The position numbers were made by a program, and so were the translations under genes. Source: Amoebidium appalachense (Eukaryota; Protista; Ichthyosporea). From it: 64,000 nt of DNA. Location of the stretch: assembly GCA_963693365.1 (NCBI GenBank), contig CAVNZM010000002.1, positions 3,116,259 through 3,180,258 of the forward strand. Reading direction: 5' to 3'. Below are positions 43,244 through 55,211 of this stretch, piece after piece. Position 1 is the first letter of the stretch. Each line of letters opens with the position of its first letter. A model generated the notes under the pieces. It saw nothing but the letters and a program-made list of their open reading frames with translations. It made no database searches and was not told the origin of the DNA.

Positions 43244-44281
43244 CTAGTAAGTCATAGGGTTGACCCTCACCTCACCTGTCCCATTTTGAGATTCCTCCGA
43301 ACTGCGATTTGAGAGCCCATTTTCAACCGTTCCTACATCCTTTCCAACGTTTCCCTCCACGCTAGCACTGTCAGAACTCGGTAATTTAACGTTGTCTTTG
43401 CTTGTGCTTTCCAAAACACTTATCGAAGATCCATTCAGTTGAGAGCTAGATACTCTGGGCTTGCCAATGGAGACAACGGTCTCCTGTGTTCCTGTTTCCA
43501 ACTGCCCTTGAATATCTTTTCGCAGCTTCTTTTTCGCGTAAACATAAATACTGTAGTAGGTGTATGTGAAGTAGTAATCCACCGCCGCCAGGCAAGCGCA
43601 GAAAGGAACCGTGAACGCGCGTTCCCGTACGGTCAAACCGCCCCAAGCCCACCCCAAGTACCCGATGCACATTCCGTACAGGCATGTGGTAACGGTGAAG
43701 TGGTAGTAGGGTGCAATACGTAGAAGCGACACTTTCATGCGCGCATTTGGCCCGAGGTGATAGTATGCAACAATTGCGTAAAGGGGAAACTGAATGCCGA
43801 GGGCGGTACCGTATATGGTAGCCACCTCAAGCGGGTATATTGGATCGTTTCTGAGCAAAACTATGACCAGAAAAACGGTGAAAGAGACCACATGGTGCAG
43901 CCAAACGGCGGGTTTCCGGCGGAGGCCGAGCTCGAGAGCGTAGATGGAAAAGAACACACCCTGTCCGTATGTGATGCAGTAGAGGTCGCGTTCTGTCCAC
44001 GGATAATGTTTCGTAACGGGGTTAAAGTTTGCCAAGTTTACGTCAGTGACGCCAATGATGACCGCGAGAAGAACAGACCAATAGCAGAAACCTTTAACGA
44101 TGGTTAGGCAACCTTTGTGCAAGCGCTCGGTGGGAACCTGTGTGCGGATTCGTGGCGAAATTGCACGGAGAAGGAGGGGAAGAAGGTGGAAGGAGGCAAC
44201 GACTACTGGAACTAGAAGGTAGGAGAAGAACAGTAGTACGCTAGGGCTGTTTTGTAACACGTCGAGGGCTTTTATCGCCAT
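43244..44281 (-). CDS. Intronless multi-pass membrane protein (~7 TM, TLC-domain-like), ~345 aa
   Basis: Long normal-complexity ORF, first ATG at 44281 (MAIKALDV). About seven hydrophobic segments, motif YALELGLRRKPAVWLHH reminiscent of the HH of TLC-like proteins, and a Ser-rich hydrophilic tail. Family assignment is tentative. Confidence 0.8.
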   Translation of the reverse strand: MAIKALDVLQNSPSVLLFFSYLLVPVVVASFHLLPLLLRAISPRIRTQVPTERLHKGCLTIVKGFCYWSVLLAVIIGVTDVNLANFNPVTKHYPWTERDLYCITYGQGVFFSIYALELGLRRKPAVWLHHVVSFTVFLVIVLLRNDPIYPLEVATIYGTALGIQFPLYAIVAYYHLGPNARMKVSLLRIAPYYHFTVTTCLYGMCIGYLGWAWGGLTVRERAFTVPFCACLAAVDYYFTYTYYSIYVYAKKKLRKDIQGQLETGTQETVVSIGKPRVSSSQLNGSSISVLESTSKDNVKLPSSDSASVEGNVGKDVGTVENGLSNRSSEESQNGTGEVRVNPMTY

Positions 44282-46103
44282 TTTTGCGTTTCTTCTTCGT
44301 GTTATCACATTTAGGGACCGAGCGGGGCAGAACAATTGTGCATATTGCAAATGAAGTTAGATGTGCATTTCTTACCACAACCGAAATTCTGGCAGCTAAG
44401 CAATAGTTTGTTATAGTAATGCTAGTAACTGCTATTGTATATGATCCGAGCCACAACACTGAAAGCGAAGTTGTGGAAGTCACAGAAAATGACATAGGCC
44501 AGCAAAGTGTTCGGTGGCTGCTGTTCATGAAAAGTAAGGATGGTGCCGTATGAACCAATCAAATGAGAGAAAGTTTCTTGAACTAATGACGGCCCCAAAA
44601 GACGGGGTTTACCGTCTTGAAAATGATTGGGAGAAAGAAGGAAAGCGCAGGTGCGCGGCGTACAGAGGTATGCGCAGTTCGACGGCGTTGCAAGTATATC
44701 TCTTTAGTATCTTTTATTGAAGCTAGACTCCCAGAATCTTAGCTTGTGCGGGTCTCGCAGCGACTTATATACCCTCGGGTAATTATAGTGCGGCACAAGG
44801 ATTACACCCGATTTCTTTATATAGTGCCAAGAGGGCCAAGACCACTAGAAAGAGCGGCCAAGATGACGTCAGCCTTTGGAAACTGATCGAGCTGTAAACT
44901 TATCTTGGCTATCCTAATATAGAAGATATCCTGAATATATCCAAAGATCGGGAATCGATGAATCTAGGGTGACATGTCTCCTAGACTAAATAATCATATA
45001 AGGCTACTCAAATCTCTAATACCATTAGGTCAAAGCGCATCTAAAACTAACCATGTTTGGTCTAAACAGCTCTAATACCATTGGCTATAAATAGTCACAT
45101 ATGACATTGATGCTCTAAAGACCAATCAAAATACACTATATTGCGTTATCGTGATTGGTTGAAAGCATTATTTGTTACGTGATTGGTTCAGAGAGCATCA
45201 TTTTTTCCTGATAAGTGTGCACCGGCTGTCTCGAGTCCGTCCGCAAGTCCGCATAGCCACATAAGATTCTTGTTTTTTTATTATATTAAGTCGCCTACGG
45301 TTGAGAAATTATAAATTCCAAAAGTCAAACCGCAAGTATCGGATGCGATAATTGTGTCAACTTGGTGTGAAGAAATATGTCCTGTTGTCCTCCAACCCGG
45401 CCGAAGTTCGCCCCATGCATCCGCCTGAAACACAGAGTGGTGTGTTCAAGATGATGGTTCGCCCTCCTCCTGGCCTTCGGGCAGAAGAGGATGGTGGGGG
45501 CACGTATACGGCACTCTGCAGATCAGGCACGCATCAACCACACGGCACTTACCATATAGCTGTGTATGTACATGTCCTTGCCATAATTTTATTCTTGAAT
45601 ATGTCCGACTGTTCGTCATGTTAGCTAATATGGGACCTACCCCTACCAGGTCCGTGTTGAAGTGTTAGTGGCGTTATTGTCTGCGGACTTAACAAAGCAT
45701 TTTTAAAACTCTAATAACCCTATTGTTTGTCAAGGAAAAGCCCGCAACTGTACATGTAGCATTGTACAGAGAGATCTCAAGTGTGTTGTTACTGACCACA
45801 TACCGTTGGAGCCCCGTCTCTCTCCCCTGGCCTACAGTAGATAGTCATCTGATCAGACTTCGGCACACGTGTACGTGCTCAATGATATATATGCATGCTA
45901 ATGATTTACATCGACCAACCTTTAGAAGGCACACACTACTACTGACTACAAATCTACCGTTACACTCACGAAGACACACACGTATACAGGCAGACACAGG
46001 CACACATGTACATGCACACAATGTGAGCGATGAGCCTGCCAAGTTGAACACGAGACTCGTTCTATATGAAGTGAAGAGCCCCCTCCCATCCCCCTTCCCA
46101 CCT

Positions 46104-46134
<31 letters not shown>

Positions 46135-46736
46135 CTCCCCCCTCCCGCGGCCCCCGCCTCTTCCCCTTCTCCCCCTCTCCCCACCGGCCCCGTATCCTCC
46201 ACATCTCCCCATTGCCCGCCCCTTCTCCCCCCCCCCCCCCCCCCCCCCTCTCGCCAGCCTCTTCCCCTTCCCCTCTGCCCTTCCTCTCCCCCCTTCCCCC
46301 ATCCACAGACAAACACAGACACGCACATCACACAATGAATACAAAGATTTTTCGAGTGAGAGAGATAGAGAGGTAGGGTGGGCTGGAGGAAACATAACTT
46401 AAAGCTTGAAAGGGATCGTCGGAAATGGAATCTTACACACAGCTACAAGCGCAGTATGTTGCACATGCACACTGTTTAGCACACACACACACACACACAC
46501 ACACCTACACATTCACACACAAACACACAGACGCACAAACACACACATCCACATAACACACATGCACATAACACACATGCACACGGGCACACACAAACAC
46601 TTCACAAACACACACACACACACTCATACGTGACACCTCATACACACACATGCACACAACACACATGCACACATTCACACACACACAACTATGTAGCCTG
46701 CAGTGGGTGCTGGGATTCGCACACACACAGGCTGGG

Positions 46737-46780
<44 letters not shown>

Positions 46781-47225
46781 GATATCGGTTCGTGGGGCTG
46801 TAAGAGAAGATTCTGAGATGTTGAAGACTGTTCGGATGCTCAAACACGGTTGTACGGTTGAAAGCGCCGTATCGTTACTAACGAGCATAGGCAAACCCTG
46901 GGCAAAAAGTGTACTTATACTGCTACGATTGTTTAGGGTGTTCCAGCTAATAGCTAACCTGTTAGCGCTAGCAGCTCTCTGACTAGGGTACAGTCGATGA
47001 TAAGTGCCGACTCGGAGGACAAAACAGCATCAACTAGGAAGCTATGATTTAGTTTTGCGTGTAATGCTCGCTTAACTGTGAGCTTGTGTATGCCTGTGCA
47101 TGTTGTATGTGTGTTTAGGTGCGCATGAAAGAGGGGGGGGGGGGGGGGGGGGGGGGAGAGGGGAGGGGAGGGGGGGAGGGAGAATGGAGGGACGGGTGGA
47201 GGCGTTGGGGGGAATGGGGGAGGCG

Positions 47226-47273
<48 letters not shown>

Positions 47274-47628
47274 CTAAAACGAACTCCGCAGCAGCAGCAG
47301 CCCTACCAATCTCCCCATGAAAGATGCGCCCACCCAACAGATGGTGGTATGAAACAAGACGGTACTACAGAAAAACGTTTAAAGCAGAAACTAGGTTTGC
47401 ACCGATCATCAGAGTCTGTATGTAAATGCTTTTTTATGCAACACGAACAATTCCACCATGCGAAAACTGAGTTAGAGCTTACATTATACCTTTTTCTCAC
47501 TGAATACAAATCCACGTGAATCCACACGTTATTACAGGGATGTAGGCATTGATTTAGAGAGGGAATTTTCGACTCCTATCAAAATGCTACATTAAATATT
47601 TCAAGTAAATAGCAACTACAATATCTAA

Positions 47629-48212
47629 GGGCGCGTTTGGCAGCCGAAAATAATCGTATTCGTGTCATTTTGCGAAAAGACGAATAATCGTGTTCACAAA
47701 ATTATGTTGTGGTATGCGTCTTTAGGGGTAATGATACGATTATGGCGTACCAAACACGCCTATTTTTTTTTGTAAACACGCTCCCGCAGCCCCGCTTCGA
47801 CATCGACACAAAATCTCGATACAACAAAAGAATGCGAAATATCATCTTGTGAACGATTTCATTGGTATTCGTTCGACCAATCGTAGATTAGAATAACTAA
47901 AAGCGATCCGATTGGCTAAAACTTGTATGTGTTTTCGAACACCTCTGGAGGTAGTCTCCAAGGCTATGTACCCACTGCACTTACGTAATTGGCTGGGCGC
48001 GGGACTGCGGCAACATACAAGGTATGTTGAGCCGGGCCGCAGGGAGACAATCACTCAAAGTGACTACTCCGGAGGTGATTTTCGAAAACACTATAACTTC
48101 GATGTCCGACGTCTTGCCCGGAAATTGGCATGACACATTTTCGGAATCGTGTCATCACGCGAAAAGACGAATACGATAAAGACACAATATAACTGCGCTG
48201 CCAAACACGCCC
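47629..48212. mobile_element. Tourist-like MITE (PIF/Harbinger superfamily), 584 bp
   Basis: TIRs GGGCGCGTTTGGCAGC (47629-47644) / GCTGCCAAACACGCCC (48197-48212), 15 of 16 match. TAA on both flanks (47626-28, 48213-15). Subterminal cgtgtcat...gcgaaaagacgaata repeats; no coding capacity. Confidence 0.88.
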
Positions 48213-48249
48213 TAATAATATATCACTGTATAAAGTAACAGGTGCATAC

Positions 48250-48911
48250 CTATTGATCATAAATAACCATCCCCGAGCCATCTCTGAGATACATTACGCT
48301 GTGCATGCGAACACCACCAACCCTTAATTCCTCCATGTACTCAATGTTTTCCATCTCCGAGTTATAGTGGAACTTTACCCTTAAATTTCTATGGCGTTGC
48401 AGCATCTTTCCTTCGTTTTTCCCACTTTCGTTTTTCGTTTTTCTGTACACAAATGGCACTCTCTCACCGAGCGAGCAACAGTCAAACGTCATCGCCAGAC
48501 TGGGTGGATTTTTCAGCTCATATCGGTGGTTATATCTACCCATTATGCAGCTATGTTCTGAGAAAAGCTTTTCCACAACTATCTCAAATTTTCGCGGCAC
48601 GGGAAGCCATGCACCCCCAAAGAACACATCTCGAGCAGGAAACATCTCCAAAGATGGAAAATACGCAGATAACTCATCAAAGGGCCACTTGCTATCGTCC
48701 CATCCAGCAAAGAATATATCCAAATATGGTGCGCGGTGGGCATAACTACTTATCGGTGTGCCGCTGACGTGCCACACTTTAAGGTAAGGACTGGTTGACT
48801 TTGGATCCCCCCATTGGGTCCAAGTCCACATGAAGCCATCTGAATGTGTGATATATGCGTCAGCTGTTGTGAACAAGACCTAATGAAGCACCCCCTCCCC
48901 CCTTTCCCCCC

Positions 48912-48942
<31 letters not shown>

Positions 48943-49299
48943 AAAAAATGGTTTACTAAAAAAATCATGGCATATGATATATATCACATAGGCGTTAGTT
49001 GATTCTTGTGTCTTGCAAACCCTTGTCCCATGTGAAGTCTTCACAGCAACCCCTCCCCCCGCCCCCCTCCCCCCCTCCCCCCCCACCCCACCCCCACCCC
49101 AAGCACACATGCACACAAAGGCACAAGGAAAAAAAGGAAAAAGGAAAATGAATGGGAAAAATTAGAGAAAAGAAAGAAAGTCTTCCGGGGGGGGGGGGGG
49201 GGGGGGGTTCTAAAGATGCTTGAACTTCCGAAAGAAATCAATTAAAAGCAGGACTCCGCATTGAAGTTTGAGAAAAGCTTCCATCTGCCCGCTATGACC

Positions 49300-49352
<53 letters not shown>

Positions 49353-50731
49353 TGCAAACACAAAGCGAAACATTCACACCACGAGACTCACACACACTTC
49401 TAGGCTGACACCAACAAAAAGCTTGCGGCAAACAGACGTGCTCAACGTTAACACAACTGCATTGGAGGAAGGCAAATGTGCGGGTGTGTGCCTGGGGAAG
49501 GGGGGGGTGGGGAGGGGGGGGGGGGGGGAAGAGGTTTGGGTGAGAGAAAGGTAGGGATAAAATGAAACCGAGAATGGGGGGGGGGGGGGGGGGGGGGGGG
49601 GGAGGGGAAGAGGGGGGGGGGGGGGGGTCCCCGACACATTGAACAGGAGGAAGACTAGCTGAGCGGTTATGGGGGAAATACATAAACGGATAAAGTGGGG
49701 AAGGGTAAGGCAGGTGGGCGCGCACGGGAGGAGGGGAGAAGGGGGGGGGGAAGGCTAGGGGGGCAGGGGGGGAGGTGGGGGGGAGCAGAAGGGACGGGGG
49801 GAGAAGGCTCCGAGGGCGGGGGGGGGTGGGAGGGGGAGGAGAAGGGCGAGGGGGAGGAGAGAGAGAGGGGGGAAGGGGGGGGGGGGGGGGGAGACTTACC
49901 GTTTTTCATGGAGCCTAGTGTTTTCGTAATTTGGGTTTTCCGCTTATAAGGCACTGCAATATCTGTATCGTCATCCCAAGGAATCTGCCCGTGATGTCTG
50001 TATGCACCTAAAAGGGTGCCAAATGCAAGAACAAATGGAATTCTGTCTTTTTGGAAATATTTACGCACACTATCCAGCAAACACGTGACCATGGCGGCGT
50101 ACCCACGTGTTATGATAGGCGCACGTGTTATGTCGTCATAGTGCGAGAAATAGTTGTATCCGGGGCGCTGGTGGTGGCGCACAATTTCTGGGCAGTTTTC
50201 CAGAAGCCATGTTTTGCCTTCTGGACTTATAAATGTCTCTGTTTTGCCAAAGATGCCTGGTGGTGGTGTTGTGGTGTTTGGGAGACGGTTAAGAGCCCAT
50301 TCTGTGTCGTTTCTTTTCACTTGTAGCAAAGTTTCTGCCGATGTTTTTAGGAGGTTGTCCAAGACCAGCTTTGTGTTGTTTCGTTTTGCCTGTTCCAGTT
50401 TTTTTGCTTGCTTCTCGCACGTTTTCTTCTCTAACCAGCTGCTAGTGAACCCTCTGATGTCGTATTCCTGCACAGAAACGGCGCCGTGTCCTCCCTCAAA
50501 CCCATTTTGGCTTGAAAAGGTGTCTGTGTAGCTTGAAAACACGTGACGTGCATACATCTGTCGTGTCGAAGACAAGAGAGACCCAACTCTGTGTTGCAGC
50601 CCGTTTGTAGTAACGAGAAGGGTGGTGCAAACTAGCACCACAAAGAGAAGAAATGCTTTACAGAGAGATTTTGAGCGAAAAGTGATGGTGGAAACCCACC
50701 CTAAGGGGGCGGGCCTTGTGCAAGGATACAT
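48250..50731 (-). CDS. LicD-family (fukutin/FKRP-like) phosphotransferase, type II membrane protein, ~500 aa
   Basis: Exon 50731-49900 has an N-terminal TM (AFLLFVVLVCTTLLV) and the LicD signature FVLAFGTLLGAYRHHGQIPWDDDTDIAV. Exon 48879-48250 has PYLDIFF and MFPARDVFFGGAWLPVP. The phase gap (1 to 0) is closed by predicted micro-exons 49658-49636 and optionally 49284-49255. Confidence 0.87.
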
Positions 50732-51185
50732 GGTATATAATTAAGTTTTCTGTAGGCATAACAAAGCAAGGGGAGGGAGAGTAAACATATGGTGGGAATG
50801 TGTGAGAATGATGTTTATTGTTTGATAACAAGAATACAGAAAGGGGAAAAACTCAAAAATGAAGGATGGTGATGAAAAAGTAGCACGTCGGTTACATATT
50901 TGTTACCAGGATGTCTTCGGAAAACCCACCATAAATTAAATGCAGTGTTTAAAGGTTCTCAACCCTTTATCGGACTGATAGGGACGTGTAATATGTATAC
51001 CTCATAGCTACCAGAGCATTTCTTGGATTATACAATTTGATTGCACCCACTGATTACTGATGCCGTAAGGTAGATAAATCAAAAACTTATCCCACCAAAT
51101 GCACGTGCTATTCCTAGCACACGGATCTTATATGTGTACACAACAAACATATACGACATCGCTTCTTGAAGATAACGACATGGGT

Positions 51186-51378
51186 TTTGGGGGGCGAAAC
51201 GGTTTCTTGAATTCAGGCATAAATACGATTTAAAAAGCTAGCAACAAAAAGATATCCCTGTCGTTTTTGGGGGAAAACGAAATGTTTTCTTGAAATTAAC
51301 GATATGAATATGTTTTCCTGTTTAAAAGCATGAACGATTCAAAAAGCTAGCAATCGCAAGGATATCCATGTGTTTTGT
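51186..51378. repeat. Degenerate direct repeat upstream of the LicD-family gene
   Basis: acgatttaaaaagctagcaa..gatatccctgt (51225) and acgattcaaaaagctagcaa..gatatccatgt (51334), each preceded by ggggg..cgaaa..tttcttgaa. Confidence 0.55.
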
Positions 51379-51625
51379 CTGTCATGCGAACATAGCTAGC
51401 ATATCAGCCCCAGCTTGCCACCTCCCCCCCCCCCCCCCCCCCCCCCCCCCCGGAAAAAAAAACCCCCTCCGTACGTCCCCCCCCCCCCCCCCCCCCCCCT
51501 CTCATCCCCCCCCCCCCCCCCCATTTCCACATGCAATTGCGTCTAAATATTGCGACAGTTATCCGTACACGTCAGTCGTGTTTATGCTGCGAAGTAGAGG
51601 AGGAGTAAGGGTCTCCCCCCCATCC

Positions 51626-51662
<37 letters not shown>

Positions 51663-51883
51663 CCCCACCCCACAAGCACACACACACACCACACCCCATC
51701 CCATCCTGTCCATCCTGTTACTCCCGGCTGGAGAACCCCCCCCCTCTCCCCCTCCCCCCCCCCCCTCCCCCCCCCCCCCCCCTTTCCCCCCCCCACCCCC
51801 CCCTCCCTCCCCGGGACCCCACCGCCCATCCACACACACGGGAGCATGCAACACACATACACACACGCGCGCACCCACACACG

Positions 51884-51924
<41 letters not shown>

Positions 51925-52489
51925 CACACACACACATTCTCTCTCTCTCCCCCCCCCCCCCCCCCCCCCCCCCCCCTTCCCCCCCCTCTTTCTCTCGCAG
52001 AGCTCTTTCTCTCTCTCTCTCTCTATCTCCGTCTCTCTGACCCGAACACGACCACAACCTCGACCTACGACCCACACCCACAAGCACACGCACACATCAA
52101 ATATACCAAGCACGCAAGGTTAGAGGCCAGCACCTTGGCAATTTACCTTCATATTTGGCCATCAGTATGTACTGTATTTACACCCGGAAACGGAAAACAT
52201 TCAGCTTGGATGTACTCTACATACGACTTACTAATAAATAATTGGTCTGGTCCTCCGTAATCTTGATCCGTGCGTGTCTCCCGGATTCATGTTTTACAAA
52301 AATCATTACATAGTAGTATTGTTGTTTGCATGCCATAATTTGATGCAAAGTCACATATGTATTCCTGTACAGGGTGTGTTTACTAAACGGATGACCGTGA
52401 ATGGTAACACTCCACGTGCATGTTATTTACGGACCTTTGCACTCTCTGTGCGTGTAAGTGTGTAGCTACATAACTAGCGGCACTTGAGC

Positions 52490-54322
52490 TCAACGCTTGC
52501 AGTCTAAGCTGCTCCATCTACTCAAAGCCTCCCTCACAAACACAAACGTAAAGGGGTTGTCCTCATATCCAACCAGGTCAATATGCACGATGGCGTTGAC
52601 GAGGTAGGTCAGGAAAGGGTCCACCATCCCCTTCGCCACATCCTGCTCGACCCTACCCAGAAACTTACAAAGGATCTCTTCTGGCGTCTTGACTTTTGTG
52701 TACGTTTTCTTGCCCGATCGAATGGCAATCATCGGAGGGTGAGCCAGCTGAAACAGTGTTTTACGAAGTGACAGGGAGAGAGAGGGGATCTTGGACCTGT
52801 TTTGACGCGTCCGATATATGGGTGCCGCCGCCGCCAGAAGGAGCACAGGATATGCGAAAGGGGTAACGAACGAATTAGGGTTGAAGAAGCACACGCACAC
52901 TTGATACGCTGGAGGTGACGAAAGGGGGGCCGAGCCAAAATTCGAAGCATTTGATCCGGGAGTGTTCACGAAAGGTGCTTGAAACTGGAAGACCGATTGA
53001 CTCGCACCCGGGCATGGATAGCCACGGACAATGTTCTTGCAACAGTCACCTGGAAGCAGAATTTCGTCGATGATACTCAGCTCGCGCTTGTTCTTACCGG
53101 AAAACGACGAAGAAAACCCCGTAGGCATTGCTCCTGCCCAGTCAAAAACGAGCGAATACGTCATATTTTTCCCTTTGCCTAGGCGAATGGAATCACAGCC
53201 TATTTCCCAAGGCCTTATAACTGATGCCTGATGACCCGGTTTCGCAGGAGAGACAGGGTTTGTGCGGACACGAAACAGGTTGACTGCAGACCGAAGCACC
53301 GTCGTTATTTTTGTGGTAAGCGACTCTGAAAAAGAGGTGGCCAGCGAAATTTTCACGTACAGATTATGTGCAACAGCGTGGACAGGGACGGGCTGGGAGG
53401 TTGCTTTTCCGAGCAGTTCTGTGTAACGAATCACCGCCATGGCCACTCCTAAACGATCGTTCAGGCCGAACTGAGAAGAGAAAGGAGGCGCATGTAGGTA
53501 GCCCGGTTCGGAAAACAGCAGGCGGGATGCACTTGCAGTCTCGACAAAGGGGAGGCGCTCACGCACGAGAATGGCTAGTTGCCCCATCGTTTGAAAAGAG
53601 TAATAGGTGAGGGTTGAAAAGACTGTGTGGTTCTCTGATATACGGAAGATGGGGTTGTCGGAGACCTGGGAGGTGAGGAATTCGTATCGTAGTGCTTGGA
53701 AGAGGGGATGCTCGGAGGGATCGTGGACGTCTGCGGGAATGTGCAGAATTTTTACCTCCACCTGTGGAATGGTATTTTTGTTAAACCTTCTCTTTTCTTT
53801 CTTTCTTCCTTTCTATTCCTCCCCCCCTCCCCCCCCCCCCCCCTCCTTCCCCCCCCCCCCCCCCCCCCCCCGCTCCCCTCCTCCCCAAAGTTTTACAGAA
53901 TATGACTTAATAAATCAATATGAAATGGGCTAGATGAAACGTGAGGTTGTGGAGGTAGGCAAGATACAGGAAGAGGACGTGCAAGGTAAGAAAGGAGTGA
54001 CCTGTTTCAACAAAGCATTGTTCTTATTCTTATTCTTCCTTTTCTTCTTTCGTTCTTTTTTCTTCTTCTTTCTTTGTCCTTTTCTTCTTTCTTTCTTTCT
54101 TTCTTTCTTTTTCTTTCTTTCTTTCTTTCTTTCTTCTTCTTCTTCTTCTTCTTCTTTTTGCTTTTCTTTTCTTTTTTTTGGGGGGGGGGGGGGGGGGGGG
54201 GGGAGTGGTGGTGGAGGGGGGGGGGGGGGGGGGAGGGTGTTATGGAGCAAAGAGGGTGGTAAGTGCAAAGCAGCCGGAGCTCCGGGTGTTGTGTGTAAAT
54301 GTGAGTGAGTGAGTGTGTGTGT

Positions 54323-54353
<31 letters not shown>

Positions 54354-55211
54354 GGGGGGGAGGGGGGGGGGGGAGGGGAGGGGGGACGGGTAGTGAGGGA
54401 GAGGGGGGGGGGGGGGGGAGGGAGGGGAGGGGAGGAGGGGAGGGGGGAAGGGGGTGGAGGGAGGGGGGGGGGGGGGTGGAGCAGGGGGAAGGGGGGGGGG
54501 GAGCGGGAAGGGGAGAATTGTGGGGCGGGGAAAGTCCAGGTGGTTTAGTAAAGATCGAAAGACAGTTTTACCAACTGTACACACAGCCACGTAAGCACAG
54601 AGAATAAGCTCTGTCATACTTCCACATGCTTTGGTGGAAAGCTTTTCTACAATTAATATGTGTAAATGCAAATACACACAAGTTCTGGGGAATGCGGAAT
54701 ATGGTCTGGATATGGGCATCAAGTCACGGAAAAAGGCCCATGGTGAGTCGAGTGAAAAAAGGGATTGTAAATCAAAAACCCACTTAGGCGGTTCCCATAT
54801 AGTTGAAGTTTTAACTAGGAATTGCCGCGAAAAGTTCACTATTACAAGCGCTGTTAACGGTTCTTCTACTATCATTTATGATAGGTATATATATATATCG
54901 ACAGAGGTAGAAACTTGAAAATGCACATTTAATTAAAAAAAAAAAAAAGTTACCTGCTTTGCTTTTCCGTCGGTGTCGAAAAACGTAGCAGGCATGCACT
55001 TGCGGGAGCGATAGAACACCCGGGTGGAGCTATTTTTCTCATATTCTCTCTTATCCTTCCATGTTATCACAACGTTTTTGGTTACCCAAATGCCCCACTT
55101 ATCAGCAACGGTCTGTGGTGTTCTCTCGTGGTCATGAAACTCTGTGGTTTGCTGCAGAACAGCCAGAAGAAAACGGTTGTCACAAATGTAACTAACAGAC
55201 AAACCAGCCAT
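52490..55211 (-). CDS. Hypothetical protein, ~509 aa (possible highly diverged kinase-like fold)
   Basis: Exon 55211-54954 (MAGLSVSY...GKAKQ, donor CAG|GTAAC) joins in phase 0 to exon 53761-52490 (ccacag|GTG, 423 open codons of normal complexity). Confidence 0.75.

Noticed and set aside
45352-47527. Exon-like blocks between the membrane-protein gene and the MITE
   Set aside because: No phase-consistent, stop-free model or recognisable motif on either strand.
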